This document shows positions 13,501 through 25,356 of a stretch of DNA of 64,000 bases, one piece after another (the first letter of the stretch is position 1; each line of letters opens with the position of its first letter). The position numbers and the translations under genes are program-made. The notes beneath the pieces are model-generated. The model worked only from the letters and a program-made list of their open reading frames with translations, had not been told where the DNA came from and made no database searches. The stretch comes from Curvularia clavata (taxonomy: Eukaryota): contig CP089274.1 of assembly GCA_023920165.1 (NCBI GenBank), positions 3,658,001 through 3,722,000 of the forward strand, in the 5' to 3' direction.

Positions 13501-14477
13501 GTAGATAGAAAGGTGATGACTGTGCATGAAACCTGAGATATGGAACAGGAGTGTACACGAAGGGGCGGGTAATTCGGTGTAGTTGAACGACATCATTTTC
13601 ACCTCATACCTCGTCTCTAGAAAAGGGTTTATCCTACGATCCTATCAATAATTAAAAGGTCTAGACTTGCTCTCGTTTTTATACTAGTCTCGTGTGCATA
13701 TCTAAAGATGAAAAGGGGAGTAGTTTAGGTGAAGAGGCATGATTGGGGAGTGAGGAGACAAAGTATGTAGATAAGTCAGATGTTATTGAGCAGAACAAAA
13801 TCAGAAACATTTTCGTAGGGCCAGGGAGGAGAAATAGCAAGTCAAATCTAACTAAGGATCAAGATGTGTAGAGGTCAATGTTGTGAGGGATGTTAAACCA
13901 ACACGGTGTGGAGACGGGGTTTTCACGTAGCTAGAACGAGAAAGAAAACCTAAATGCGATAAGATAAGGATCTGCTATTTTGTTTCTTGGGTAAAATCGC
14001 CGCTTCCTTCTCTATGTGCGCAAGAAGAATAGATTCATCATTGCGTTGCACTTCCCGTTCCTACAATGTCATTTCTGTGAAGATAAACACATGCAGTGAA
14101 GTCCATATATCTGCTATTTGTGCTCACGCAGGTCGTTTTTACACGCAAAAAGAACAGTTTCACCTCGGGATAAGCCAAGCACTCATTAAGTTATTTTACT
14201 AGTAACACCTCACATACTCAAGAGCATATGGTGGCAGACAAACACCCACAATAAGGTTCTAGATTCATGACAAATATACAAAACCCACAATGTTCTGAAT
14301 TCATCACGAATATAACAAAGACAATCATTACCCCCCAACCCATCAATTTCACCGTCATCTCATCAAGGAAAAGAAAGCCTTAAGATCCTATGACGAAAGG
14401 AGAGAAGAGAGAAAAATTAGACTCACACATGCACACATATACAAACACTACGCCACCCAAACAATCCATCCCTCACC

Positions 14478-16764
14478 TTACGCAGCCGGATCCAAAAACC
14501 CCTCCAGCGTCTCATAATTCAACGGCTTAAACAACTCATTACTCAGATCCGCACCCGAACTACCCAACAAGCCCTCAAAGTTTTCAAACGCCGCGTCGAA
14601 ATTCAGCCAGTCGGGCGATTGCTCTGCGAAGCCAAAGCCAGCAGGGGGTCCCGTAATGGGCGCTCGATCTGCTCGCTCGCTGCTTGTGGGATGCTGGCCG
14701 GGTGTTGGTGGAATGGGGTTGAGGAGGCTAGTCATGGGTGAGTTTGCGTGGGGATGGGATTGGTTATGTTGAAGGCGTGGGTCGATGCGTGTTTCCATGT
14801 CTTGGTGCCAGTGCTGTGGCTGGTTTGGTGGCTGGACTTGGGTGTTTTGGGTGCTCTGTGGGGTTGTTGGACCAGTCTTGGATTCGGCGTGACGTGGCTC
14901 AGATGGAACGGGCATAGGGGTGTTGGCGCTGGTCGTGTTGCGCCCTGCTGCGTTGCTGAGGACTGCACGTCCGAGGTCGGCCATGGTACCTGCTGACCAC
15001 CATGCGTTGCGTAGGCGATCAAGCAGACGTACGCACTGCTTCAACTCTTCAGTAGCACGATTGACGTGGACCTTGAGGCGGCGAGACCGGAAGTGGCGAT
15101 AAACTACGCTGAGAGCCACACCAAGCGCATACGGTACAAGGGGTAGGGGTGGAAGGAGTTCAGGGGGTTCGGCATTCAGAAGATGGATAACCCTTGTCGC
15201 TGACAGACTCTGGCGGACGTAAGAAGGCGTTGACTTGACCGGAGCATTAATGGAGAGAGACTTGTGCGAGGCCATGCACATGGTGTGGTGGAAGAGGGAT
15301 AGAAGGCCTGGAGATGTTAGTACACCCGAATTTCAACACCTAGCTGATCACCTACTCATAATAGGACCATCGAGCTTGTCTTCGCCATCTCCGACCATTT
15401 CTTCAAATCCCAGAAAGTCGTCACCCTCCCATCCCGTCTCTTCAGCCGCTCTGCCAGGCCGGTAATAATCAATGACCTTGTCGAGCATCTCCGATATTTG
15501 AAGCCAAATACCAAAAGGACTTGACCGCTTCTCAGGATCTGTTGGTAGCTGTCTCAAGCTGTTGTCTCGGTCGTGCATGAGTAGAGGACGTCCGTTCATA
15601 CAAGCATTGATCTTATCCAGACTCCACAAACACCAAAAGACGTCTTCCAGGTTGCCTTGCGACTCGGAGCTCTGATTCTTCCACTGGTGGCCGAACTGGA
15701 GACCGAATGTATGTGCGTGGTGAATGGCTTGAGCAAGGTGCATTGAAGCCTGCTCGGCGCCGTCTGGTCCTTCGCAATGGAGAGATATCAAAGCGAGTAC
15801 TTGGATGAGCACGACGCGGTTCTTTTCTAGTTTTGCCTCGATGCCCACTATGACCGCATTATACAACCTCTGTGAGAACTCGCGGGGGTTCATTGGCTGG
15901 GTATTGTTACCCAAGTACAGATGCTTCGCAGCAGTTGCATGTTTGGATGCCACAATACAGATAGCCTGCATCAGTATCCTGGGCTCTCGACCATGATTGT
16001 ACTGCTCATAAAAAAGCTCCTTGTCCACAAGCGGCAGCAGCGGATGAACATAGTTGAAGTAAATCTCTAACAGGGCAGTTTGATTCGGCCTAGACGGTAG
16101 AATGTCTACACCGACAGCCTCCAGGTACGTCAGTAGAGCGCGAGATATTTGGGATTCCTGGCTGGAATGCGGTCCTGTCTCGACGATGCGTGCTGTATGC
16201 GGGCCTGTCTGCGTCGAACCGGGTCTCTGGTCCCGTTCTTCGACCCATTGACCGATGGGAGGCGGACCGGGTGGTGATGAGGCCGACTTGCCACGCTCAG
16301 AATGAACTTGCTCTCGTAAGACGGCTTCTGGGTTCAGGTAGCCTAGGAAGTTTGGTGGAGTCTGAGCGGTCTGGTCCGAGGCCGGGCTCTGGGGCGGCGG
16401 CATTGTGGACTGAGCATGGCCGTGAGAATGCAGGTCCCCACGGGGTCCTCTTGGATCATGGGCATGATAGTGCCCGTTGGTAGAAGGCCCACGAGGATCT
16501 GATGTAGGGTTGGGTGCGTGTCCACTTTGGGAAGAGCTTCCGATTCCAGTGCTGGCCTTGTCGTCGTCAAAAGAGCTGCCCTCGTCGTCAAAAGTGTGGC
16601 TGCAGCGCTTTCTCCGCTTCTTGCATGATTCGCATGCGCGGTGGACTCCTGCGGTGCCGTTAGCTGGCGGGTTCCTGTCTTGCGCACTGCCCCTTGGTCG
16701 CTTTGGTGGTCGTACGTTTGCGCTTCCTGAAAAACTCGTTGTTCGCGGCGAAGGTAGCCAACAT
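14478..16764 (-). CDS. Fungal-specific transcription factor (Fungal_trans/MHR domain) with an incomplete N-terminal Zn-cluster; exons 16764-16716, 16648-15356, 15307-14478
   Basis: Introns 16649-16715 (GTACGA..GCTAAC..CAG) and 15308-15355 (GTAGGT..ACTAAC..CAG) give one continuous frame starting MLATFAANNEFFRKRKRVHRACESCKKRRKRCSH. MHR motifs LLEIYFNYVHPLLPLVD, AIHHAHTFGL, VFWCLWSLDK..MNGRP. Acidic/aromatic C-terminal activation-type segment. Confidence 0.88.
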
Positions 16765-17436
16765 GTCGGCGCAAGTAGCTGTATGTCTCGCTGTCAAGCC
16801 GAACGTCAAAGCGCGCGTATACTAGACTATGGGATGTCTGTTGTCTTCACAGACATAGAGTCGAGCAAGGGCTTGGTGATGGGTGTCTGGGCCACGTGAT
16901 GGTTGCATGTCTTCCGCCTCCGCACTTTTTGTCCGCACACGGAGCCGAGTGATTGGCCAGAGCGAGACGGTCCACCGGAGCCACACCCACCTCTGGTTAC
17001 TGCATCAGCACCGGCCTGTTTGCCCATGCCCTTGCACACTGTCTGTACGCCGGGCCCGGTCTCTGTCATCACGCATGCCGGCCCTTCGGTCGGAATCTAG
17101 CTTGTCATTTCTGGGACGTACCTGCGTATTGATCAGGTGACTTTTCATGTCGTCTCTCGAGTTACAAAAACCACACATCAAAGGCATGCAACTGTAGCTG
17201 ACACGAAATCATTCCAATACCAATCGCAGAACGGGTGTACTTGCTCATGCTATGTGACTAAAGGGTATGCACGCCATCTCTACCATCTTCTCTCCATCAT
17301 CGCAGACTCTCTCCAAATCTCCAACAATAAGATTAAAGCTTATGAACACTCTCATTTTTTGCTCGGAATAGGTGCCTCAACTGAACGGGTTACGGTGTAA
17401 GAATATTGGTATACACGAAACGTGACGGTCTGGAAC

Positions 17437-20400
17437 CTAGACCAGACCCTCAATGCCCTGCGCGAGTCGGCTCTCCATGGCTTTCACCAACACGGGAGGG
17501 ACCGACTCGTCAGTGGCGCGTATCGTGATGCGGAACATCTACACAACGTTAGTTTCATGCATGTTGCGAGCCATCATCTTAACATACCTGAGTTTCAAAG
17601 TTCGGTTCCAGCCTCAACAAACATCCGAACTTTCCCTCACTTGAATGCAACACTGTAGCACCAACTACATTCTTCACATTGGGATCCACTCCAGAGACAA
17701 TGCCCCATTTGAAGCCCTTGACCACCTTTTGCACAAAGTCCGAGTTCATGGTTCTGTTTTTGTTGACGAGGCCAAAGATACTCTGCGCTTCACGTGGAGC
17801 ACCACCAATTTGCTTCCAGCGCTTGAAAAAATCCTCTGAGCTGAGTTCAGCACCTTCCATGTATTTGTGGAGCAGTACCGGGAGTTGGAGGGTCAGTCCT
17901 TGGAGAGCGCCCGCGAGGTAAGATATGCGCATGGTAGGTGGGTCGATGAAGACGTTCTTGCATTCGAACATGATTGTTTGCTGGGTCTGGCCCTCAGGTG
18001 GAATTGTGGTGTCGGGCAAGCCCTTGATATCGGTCTTCAGGGTTTCCGAAGACCTGTTGTCCAGCGTCGTGGTAAAAGAGCCCATCGGGAACTGGGACTT
18101 GTTTGTGAAGTAAAAAATGAGAGCCCCCAGCTGCCCTCTGTATTCAGTTCGCAGACCGACCTGTATTTGCTGATCTTCATACAGCACCCCTTCAGACCGT
18201 AGAAGGAGGCGGTTGTATCCTACTTCCCAGTCCGGACTCAAATGGGCAGCGCTTGCAAGATTTGGTGCCTTGGATGTAGCTGTGTCAATGTTCAGATCCA
18301 GGCCCTCCAGATCACTCGAGATGGCGGTAACACCATTTGCACCATTTGCTGCACCAGTCTTGGCACTTGACAATGGCTCCGTGAGGCTTCTTTTGACACC
18401 AGCAGATGTGTTCGACCTTGCAAGGCCAAACTCTTTGAGGTCTGCGTTCGCATCCTTGCCACCGACCACCCATGTCCGCTTGTCACTTGTGGTGGCATGT
18501 TTCTGGTGTAGTCGTGAAAGCAGGGCCGATGTTCGTTCTGGGTATGGAGGCATTTCGTCACATACAGTTCGCAACAGGTCGTCTGTTGGCATTGTAGCAA
18601 GAGTGAGATATTCGCATGCTCTTTGCTGGAGTTCCGAGTCAAGCGAGTGGCTGTAGGCGCGGAATGCTTGGAGAAGCTGTGGTTTGATCTCAGGGAACAA
18701 GTTGACATACTTGATGTAGCACGAAAGGAGTATGGCTCTTGTGCTCGACGAGCAACCTCGCATCTTTGCGCTGAGTGCCATGAACTGCTCGATCGGACTG
18801 CATCCTTTGTTGTCTGCAATCAAATGGCCAAATTCTCCAAGCAGGTATCCACCAATCTTGACCAGCGTCTCGTGGCAGTCTGCCTTGATGTACTGTAGGA
18901 TAGTCTGCGCGGCATACACTTGGAGCTCCTCGTTGTTGGTTGTGATTTGGATAACTCGTTGCCACACTTCGTCACTAACGTGGTCTCCTGCCATTGCAAT
19001 CAGGCGTAACGAAATGTCGACATACCACTGAACGTCTGTGGCATACTTCTCCGTCAGGATCGCAATCTTCAGCACCATCTCTTCTCGTATCGCATAATCG
19101 GCCGACTGTAGGTAGCGCAAGAGCTCGTTCACGATTGCTTGAGCATTTGTCGGGTCGCACATGCTGTAGAGAAGATCCAGACCCTGTCTTCGCACACTGA
19201 TGTCCCTGTCTCTTAACGACCCAATGATAATGGCCTGGTGTTTCTTGATAGGGTCCAGGTTTTCTGATCGAGCAGCAAGATGCGTCATCGCTTCCAGTCC
19301 CAGATATCGCACGTTAGTCTCCCTAGAGGCAATGAATTTACCAAGCCGTTGTGAGATTTGCATCATTAGGTCTTGTTCCGTGTCGAGGTGTATTACAAGA
19401 TTGATCGCTTCGAAAAGGACAGCATTTTGGGCGTTGTTCTGTTGTACATTCTTTGGCATCTCAAGCGCCGAGTCCATGATCTTCTGAAGCGCTTCTCGGA
19501 TGAGTGAGCGGATATGCGAATCCTCTGTTTTGGTTAGTATAAATGAGTTACAAGTGACTAGACGTAAACAAACCAGGAGCTGGATAGTACTGCAGCAGCT
19601 TGAGCAGCTTGACGAGGATCCACGGACAAGGCACCTTGTAATAAAAGTAGCCCTCGGCACATTCATTGTCGACAACTATCCGCTTCAACCTGTTTGCAGC
19701 CTTGGCGTAGCTTCCTTTGTATTGCTCCGTATTGTCTTGGACAAGGGCTGTGACGAGGGAGGTGACGGAGAGGGCAACACCCATGTCAGGGTCATCCATG
19801 AGGGCTATTATCCGTTCGGCCCACTCGTGTTGCACAATTGCAGGATGTTTCCGGTAGAGCCGCAAAAGTGTGAGCGCTGCCTTCTTCTTGACGAATGCCT
19901 TGGAAGCCCTGCGATGCGTCAGCCCATATATCAGTCTCTCCTCTACCCGCGTGAGACTTACGGTGAGATGAGGAGCCTGTGAACTTCTGCGCTCAACGCC
20001 TCTCCTAGCTCCTTGCCACCCACGTTCGCAATTGCGTGCAGCGCCAGACAGTTGTTGAGCTCATTGTGATCCAGCAGGTCCTTCCTGATGCTGTTGACGA
20101 CCAGATGTAGCAGTTCGTGTTCTTCGTGTAAGAATAGTGTAACGGCGAGGTATCCGATCTGCTTTTCCGAGTATTTGGTCGCCGAGACAAGATTGACCGC
20201 TTCGAGGTGTCCGAAATCGACGTTCCAACCGAGAATGTATATGTAAAGGAGCTACGAGAGTCAGCACGTATGGGTGTGTTTGGAGCCGCGGCCTGTGTAC
20301 CTTGCAGACGTATTTCTTCTTCTGGTAGCCGTTGAGTCCGGCATCTGAGGGGATTACTGTCAGAGCAAGTCAAGCAAGAAAGACATGCGGGTAAGTACCT

Positions 20401-20701
20401 CTGAACTTTTGCCTGTGACGCTGTTAGCCATCCGATGTTGCTTGGAACGCGGCATCGTGTACTTACCGTATGTTTGCCAATTCCTTGTTGATCCGCTTCT
20501 CTTCCAGCTCACGGGCGCGGGCATTTCTCAGGTCCGCAATAAAAGACACGAGTCCTGCGCATGTCTTGTAAGCCGCCGTCCTTGGGTGTGGTGCGTGGAG
20601 CCGCGCATACCTCGCATCGTTGGCACGTTGCCGGTCTGGTCTCGACTGAATAGCCCTCCACCAGCCCTCGCCGCCATCTTGGAGGTGACCGAGGCCGCCA
20701 T
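17437..20701 (-). CDS. APL3: AP-2 adaptor complex subunit alpha (9 exons, including a 14-nt microexon at 20399-20412)
   Basis: Spliced N-terminus [54 protein letters not shown]. Introns 20555-20610, 20413-20466, 20345-20398, 20252-20300, 19909-19961, 19525-19573 and 17539-17587. Appendage domain ends GCLLRLEPNFETQMFRITIRATD. Start is ATG 20701 or 20677. Confidence 0.95.
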
Positions 20702-21663
20702 GCTGGTGGTAGATGAGGTGGTAGTGGTGGTGGGTGGGCGGTTCCCACCTGGTAGATAGCCCGACAATGCGGCGGCGGTGTTGGTGCACTATGCTAATGG
20801 ATATAGCGGTACGGGCCTCGAAGCAGGGTTATGCCGACGTGCGCTCTGCGGAGCGGAGGTGCACAGTTCGCGAAAGGGGCGCCTGTCAGCAGAATCAAGG
20901 GCCGGGAGCGACGAGATCAGAACCCAACGAAAAGCAAATAAGGCAACACAAACACGGGGATACTGCTCATGATACGGCTCGAAGTTATTCAGCAAAATAC
21001 TTTGACGCTCTTGAGTCGGCGGAATGGGTGGATGGTTGCTCTACCCTTGAAGTGCCAAGACTGACAAGGTCGAGTAGCGTGCGTACTGGTTCCACACGCT
21101 GCGAAGAGACGGCAACGCTGACTAGCTCTCTCCATCACCACCCCCTGGCCTCTGCTTGTGATAGGCATTGCGATCTGCTGGGAAAACGTTGTTGACGTAC
21201 CAACGCGCACGTGTACGAAGCCTTGCTCAATCCGATTGCTTTCCATTCGACATGGCAATGTCAGAGGCGGATGCGTGAGCGTTGAGCATGCAAGACATGA
21301 CTTGCGGATATTTCCTGGACCAGAAATGGAACCTTCTATGCCTGTTGCAGACATTCTAGTGTGTTATGTGTATGCGCCATTATGCAGGAGGGAACTTTGT
21401 TGCTATCGCTATGGTTGGAGGTCGGACATTGTGATACACACTTCACACAACTGCGTCAAAATGGTAGGGAGAAATCGTTGATTGGAAATACTTTCAATTG
21501 CCTCCGTCTCGTTCGAAACATCCAGGCTTGGTAACCTCTGTAAACTCAGACGCCATCATCCCACGACTCGTAGTAAACACACCACAAACGCCGAAACACC
21601 CTTCTCATGCCGTCATCTTCGCGCCTCAAATGCATTCAAAACTGACTCGTCACACCAATACAT

Positions 21664-22014
21664 CTATTTCTTGGTCGTGAAGTCGGTCTCGAGGTTCGAC
21701 GAGCCGTTGTTCTGGGAGCGGCTGCAGTTGCAGGCGTCTGAAATTTTGAGTTAGGAGAGGAGGTTCCGGGAATATTAGGATCAGACTTGATGGTGCTTAC
21801 CTTCAGCGCGCTTTCCACAAGCACATGTTGAGGAGGGGAGCTTGTTCTCGGTAGAGGCCTTCTCGCAAGCTGGAATTTAAATGTTAGCGCCGGCTAATCT
21901 ATACCAAGGGATGAGAGAGCACATACTGCACTGAAGTGCGGGCTGCTTTCCGCAAGAGCAAGTAGCTTCCTGAGCGCACACGCAAGTGCCGTTGTTACGT
22001 CCGCAGCAGACCAT
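21664..22014 (-). CDS. crd2: Crd2/CmtA-type metallothionein-like protein, 76 aa, 12 Cys; exons 22014-21927, 21869-21801, 21737-21664
   Basis: Introns 21870-21926 (GTATGT..GCTAAC..CAG) and 21738-21800 (GTAAGC..CCTAAC..CAG) give MVCCGRNNGTCVCAQEATCSCGKQPALQCTCEKASTENKLPSSTCACGKRAEDACNCSRSQNNGSSNLETDFTTKK: one CC, five CxC and the ETDFTTK end typical of the Crd2 family. Not in the ORF track. Confidence 0.9.
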
Positions 22015-22143
22015 TTTGAAGTGTGTAGATTGGCAGAGTGTAGTTGTGTGAGTTGTGGTGATTGATCTTAGATCGGAATGTAGTCGTAGAGTTGAAGAGC
22101 CGAGTGTACTGGACAGTAGACCAAAGGAGGATTCGAGCTCTTC

Positions 22144-22149
22144 TTTATA
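22144..22149 (-). promoter_or_regulatory. TATA box (TATAAA) of the metallothionein gene
   Basis: TATAAA on the minus strand about 130 nt upstream of ATG 22014. Confidence 0.6.
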
Positions 22150-22236
22150 GCCGTCACTGTTACTACCATTCGTAGCTACGTAGTTGACCTGGACCCTGGA
22201 CTATTACTGGTGGAGTCGCGTGAGTGGCGGCCTCGG

Positions 22237-22256
22237 CCAATCAGAGCGCACATGAT
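22237..22256 (+). promoter_or_regulatory. Bipartite CBC:HapX-type site (CSAAT-N12-RWT)
   Basis: CCAAT cagagcgcacat GAT(TAC) matches the CSAATN12RWT consensus, about 220-240 nt upstream of the metallothionein ATG. Confidence 0.55.
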
Positions 22257-22345
22257 TACGCCTACATCACCTGTCAAGACTGAGAATGCTACCCTGATTA
22301 TGCACTGCCTTTCGCACGCTCCCCATTTGCTATAGATCGTCGCAT

Positions 22346-22354
22346 TTATCTGAT
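22346..22354 (-). promoter_or_regulatory. SreA/Urbs1-type GATA site ATCWGATAA
   Basis: Minus strand reads ATCAGATAA, an exact match to the consensus. Confidence 0.45.
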
Positions 22355-22542
22355 CGATAGGAATTTCAGAAAGGTCCAGAGTCACTGTGTAACACCGCAC
22401 ACATGCATCCGTGACAATGAACTAAATGTGCCAAGGTGCTCATTTCTTACTCACTTTGCATCAAGGTATGTCGGGTTGAATCTGAACAAGTGGAGAGTGC
22501 ATTATTAAGAAGTAGTATGTACAAGACATCCAATCGTTACGG

Positions 22543-24931
22543 TCATGATGTCGGCGCCGTGTTGCTGCGTTTCATTCCCTTCCCCTTTAGTCGTTCCCTG
22601 GCCGGCGATTCCTTAATGGTGCCTGGAGAGATCTCCTCAATCTCTCCAATCGCCTCTTTGACTCTCACTGGTGTCTGTGGGCGTGACCCTGTTGAATCTC
22701 TTACATATGTAGAGCCTCTTGGCCTTCCAGGAGTCGCCATTGGAGAATCTGTAGCCCTTCTTGTCAACTCTGCTCTTACTCTCCCAGGCGAGTCTCTCGA
22801 AGGGCTACTCAGCACACTGGTGTCACCTGAAGATCTCCGTATCGAATTATCTCGCTGATGCTTTGACAGTGACTGCCTAATGCGCGAGTATTGCGTCCAT
22901 TTTGTCAGCCTGGAAGTCCTTAGTACTTCCCCAACGGCTTCTTGGAGTTCTCTTACCGCATTGTTCTGCAGCGCTTGGAGCAGCACAATCGCGTTCTGGT
23001 GATCTCTGCTAGCCGTCGAGGGGTTTTGCTGCGCAAGGCCCTCTTCTGTTGCATTTGCATGCTCTTTGATAATCTCAAGAAGCCCACTGTCTTCTTTGAT
23101 CTCGTCTGCGATGGCAGCAGCACCCTCAAGCGTCTGTGCCAGCAAGCCCAGACCAAGCAATCCTTCGGATCTGGCTTCAGGATAGAAACGTTGACGAACA
23201 AGCTGGGCGATTGGTCGAGCAATTTGAGGTACTTGCAGAATCTGTATTTGTACAGCCTCGACATCTTTTTCGGCATTCGGTCGTCCAAGATAGCGCAACA
23301 TGGCGACAATGGTACGGCCAAGCTCAATCATGGGATTCTTCATCGTGGTGCTGGGAAGTGGTTTTGATGGGGCGAGTGCCTGCTCGACAATGTGTGAGAA
23401 TATTACTGTGTCCGCTGGAACATCCTCATCAGCGGCTTCGGTATCGGGCCCGACAGTCTCGTACATAACCTTCTCGATGTTGTGAAAGTTGCCGGTGACG
23501 AGCTTGCACAGCATAGCTGCTGCCTCACCACGGACAGAGGGGTCGTCCAGTACAAGCATACGACAACATGCTTCCATGAGCCCGGCATCTGCAAGCAAAG
23601 CCCTGTTAGCTTCTGGGAAAGTCAGATGGCGCATGATGCCCGCCGCAGCGTATAGAAGCGCGGGCTTATCACTCTTCTTCAGAATCGTAATTAAACGAGC
23701 ATGAAGCTCCATAATCTTAACCATGTCGATACAAACCTCGTCCGACATGGCCAAGTTTCCCATCATGACACAAGCGCATATAGTAGATGGTTGTGCACTC
23801 TCCCAAGGTGCTCGTAGCTTTGCCTCCATTCTTTCAATAACCGGACTTCTGATGTTGAAGTTTTGTACGAAGACGTCTGTTGCTGAGGCGGCAGACAACA
23901 GGCCAATTAACTGGGCCATGAGAAGAACCTGCGCCTCGTCTGAGGAAGTGCTGTCTGCGTTTTTGCTTGTTGCAAGTTCCTCGAACACGGCTTCAATCTC
24001 TTCTGGTTGGAGCCGCGTCTCAAACTCTAACATGAGGGTAACGAGGTCATCGAGTAGCTTTGGCGTTGCTATTCTCTGCTGAAACTCCAAATCTTGAAGA
24101 TAGTGCACGAGGATAGCAACGTACTCGAGATGATGGTCTTCGTCATACTGGAGTGCTACGTTTAGTAAACTCTTGAACGTCTCAAGGGATACCTCGTCTT
24201 TGAACTGAGCGTCGGTCAAGTTGCTCGTGGTCCAGTTAAGCAGATCTGTGGCGTAGTCCAACGCTGCTTCGGGTATCCGATCGAGGACAAGGAGCGTGAT
24301 TATAGTGGCATCTAGTCTCAGTGTAGCCGCTGCGGCTTTGGCAGGATCTGTCTGCATGAGCTCGTGTTCAGAGCGGTTTCCCATCCTGCTCACCAAAGTC
24401 GTTGCAAAGATTGAAGAGTACGGCTAAAGTTGTCAGGCGTAGTTCTGCCGACTGAAGACAGTTGATGATGACTTGAATGTCTCGCACAGCCATCTCTCGA
24501 TTGGTATCTTGACTCCAGTCAGACTGTTTGTGCCGTGAAAAGGTTCATTCCAGGATACAGTACCATTATCGGCAACAGAATTGCCGATGACTCTTAAGCA
24601 TTGCTTTGCTACAGGTTCATCGTGGCGGACAGCAGACAAACCGCGCAGAGCGAATGCAAGAATGCCGCTGTCTCTGAACGGAGCCTGCCATCGTTCTGGG
24701 TCTTGTTAGTAGACGCGAAGCCGACGGTCTGCAAGACGTACTCCGCCCTCCAACAGCAGTTCCAAAGAGTTGTAGCGTCTTCTCTATGGGCGCATGGTCT
24801 CCACTTCTTGCGAACGCTTCGAGCTTATGCACGTAGTCCGTGAGAGCAGCGGTCTGGCCTGCAGGGTTCCCTTGAAGTAGGCGCTCTAAGGACGCTACGT
24901 GTTCGCCAAGCTCCTCATTGGATAATGGCAT
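22543..24931 (-). CDS. Armadillo-repeat SmgGDS/Rap1GDS1/Bem4-like protein; 3' end ambiguous
   Basis: Introns 24696-24741, 24508-24563 (AAG acceptor) and 24348-24393 give QCLRVIGNSVADNDTNRE and LAVLFNLCNDFDPAK, plus CACVMMGNLAMSDEVC and AAGIMRHLTFPEANR, all typical of SmgGDS-like ARM repeats. A further donor lies at 22956 (see findings). Confidence 0.8.
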
Positions 24932-25356
24932 ATCGGAAAGTTGGTTGATGATGGAGAAACGCAATCGGCGCAAAAGTTGTGGTACTGATCAGGTGCTCAT
25001 AGTGGCGTCTACGCTTCAGGAGTAGGTTTTAGTTGCCCGGGGTTGCCGTCAAAACAATACTACCAAGAACACGGGATTTGTCAGGCGAGACTGCAGAAAA
25101 AAGCTGCAATGATTAGTTCAGCCACTTGTTTTCCGAGACGCGCAAAGGCGGGCGAGTTCCTGCGGCGTTCTCGACCCACCCGCCGGCTAGCCTTGCCTCG
25201 TTCGGCTCCGCTGAACCCCTGGAATAGATCCCTTGGCGACAGTTGTGCGATCTGGCACTGAACACTCAACACCATACGACGACACGCATCTCGCGCCCGT
25301 AATCCTACCGACCATAGACTCTCGTTGAAACCAATTGCAAGTACAATACCGCCAAG

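Noticed and set aside
13402..13603. Short inverted repeats plus a box C-like GTGATGA and a CTGA in an AT-rich tract (possible C/D snoRNA, MITE or RIP relic)
   Set aside because: No terminal box D or recognisable rRNA guide, no target-site duplication, no transposase remnant. RIP cannot be shown without repeat copies.
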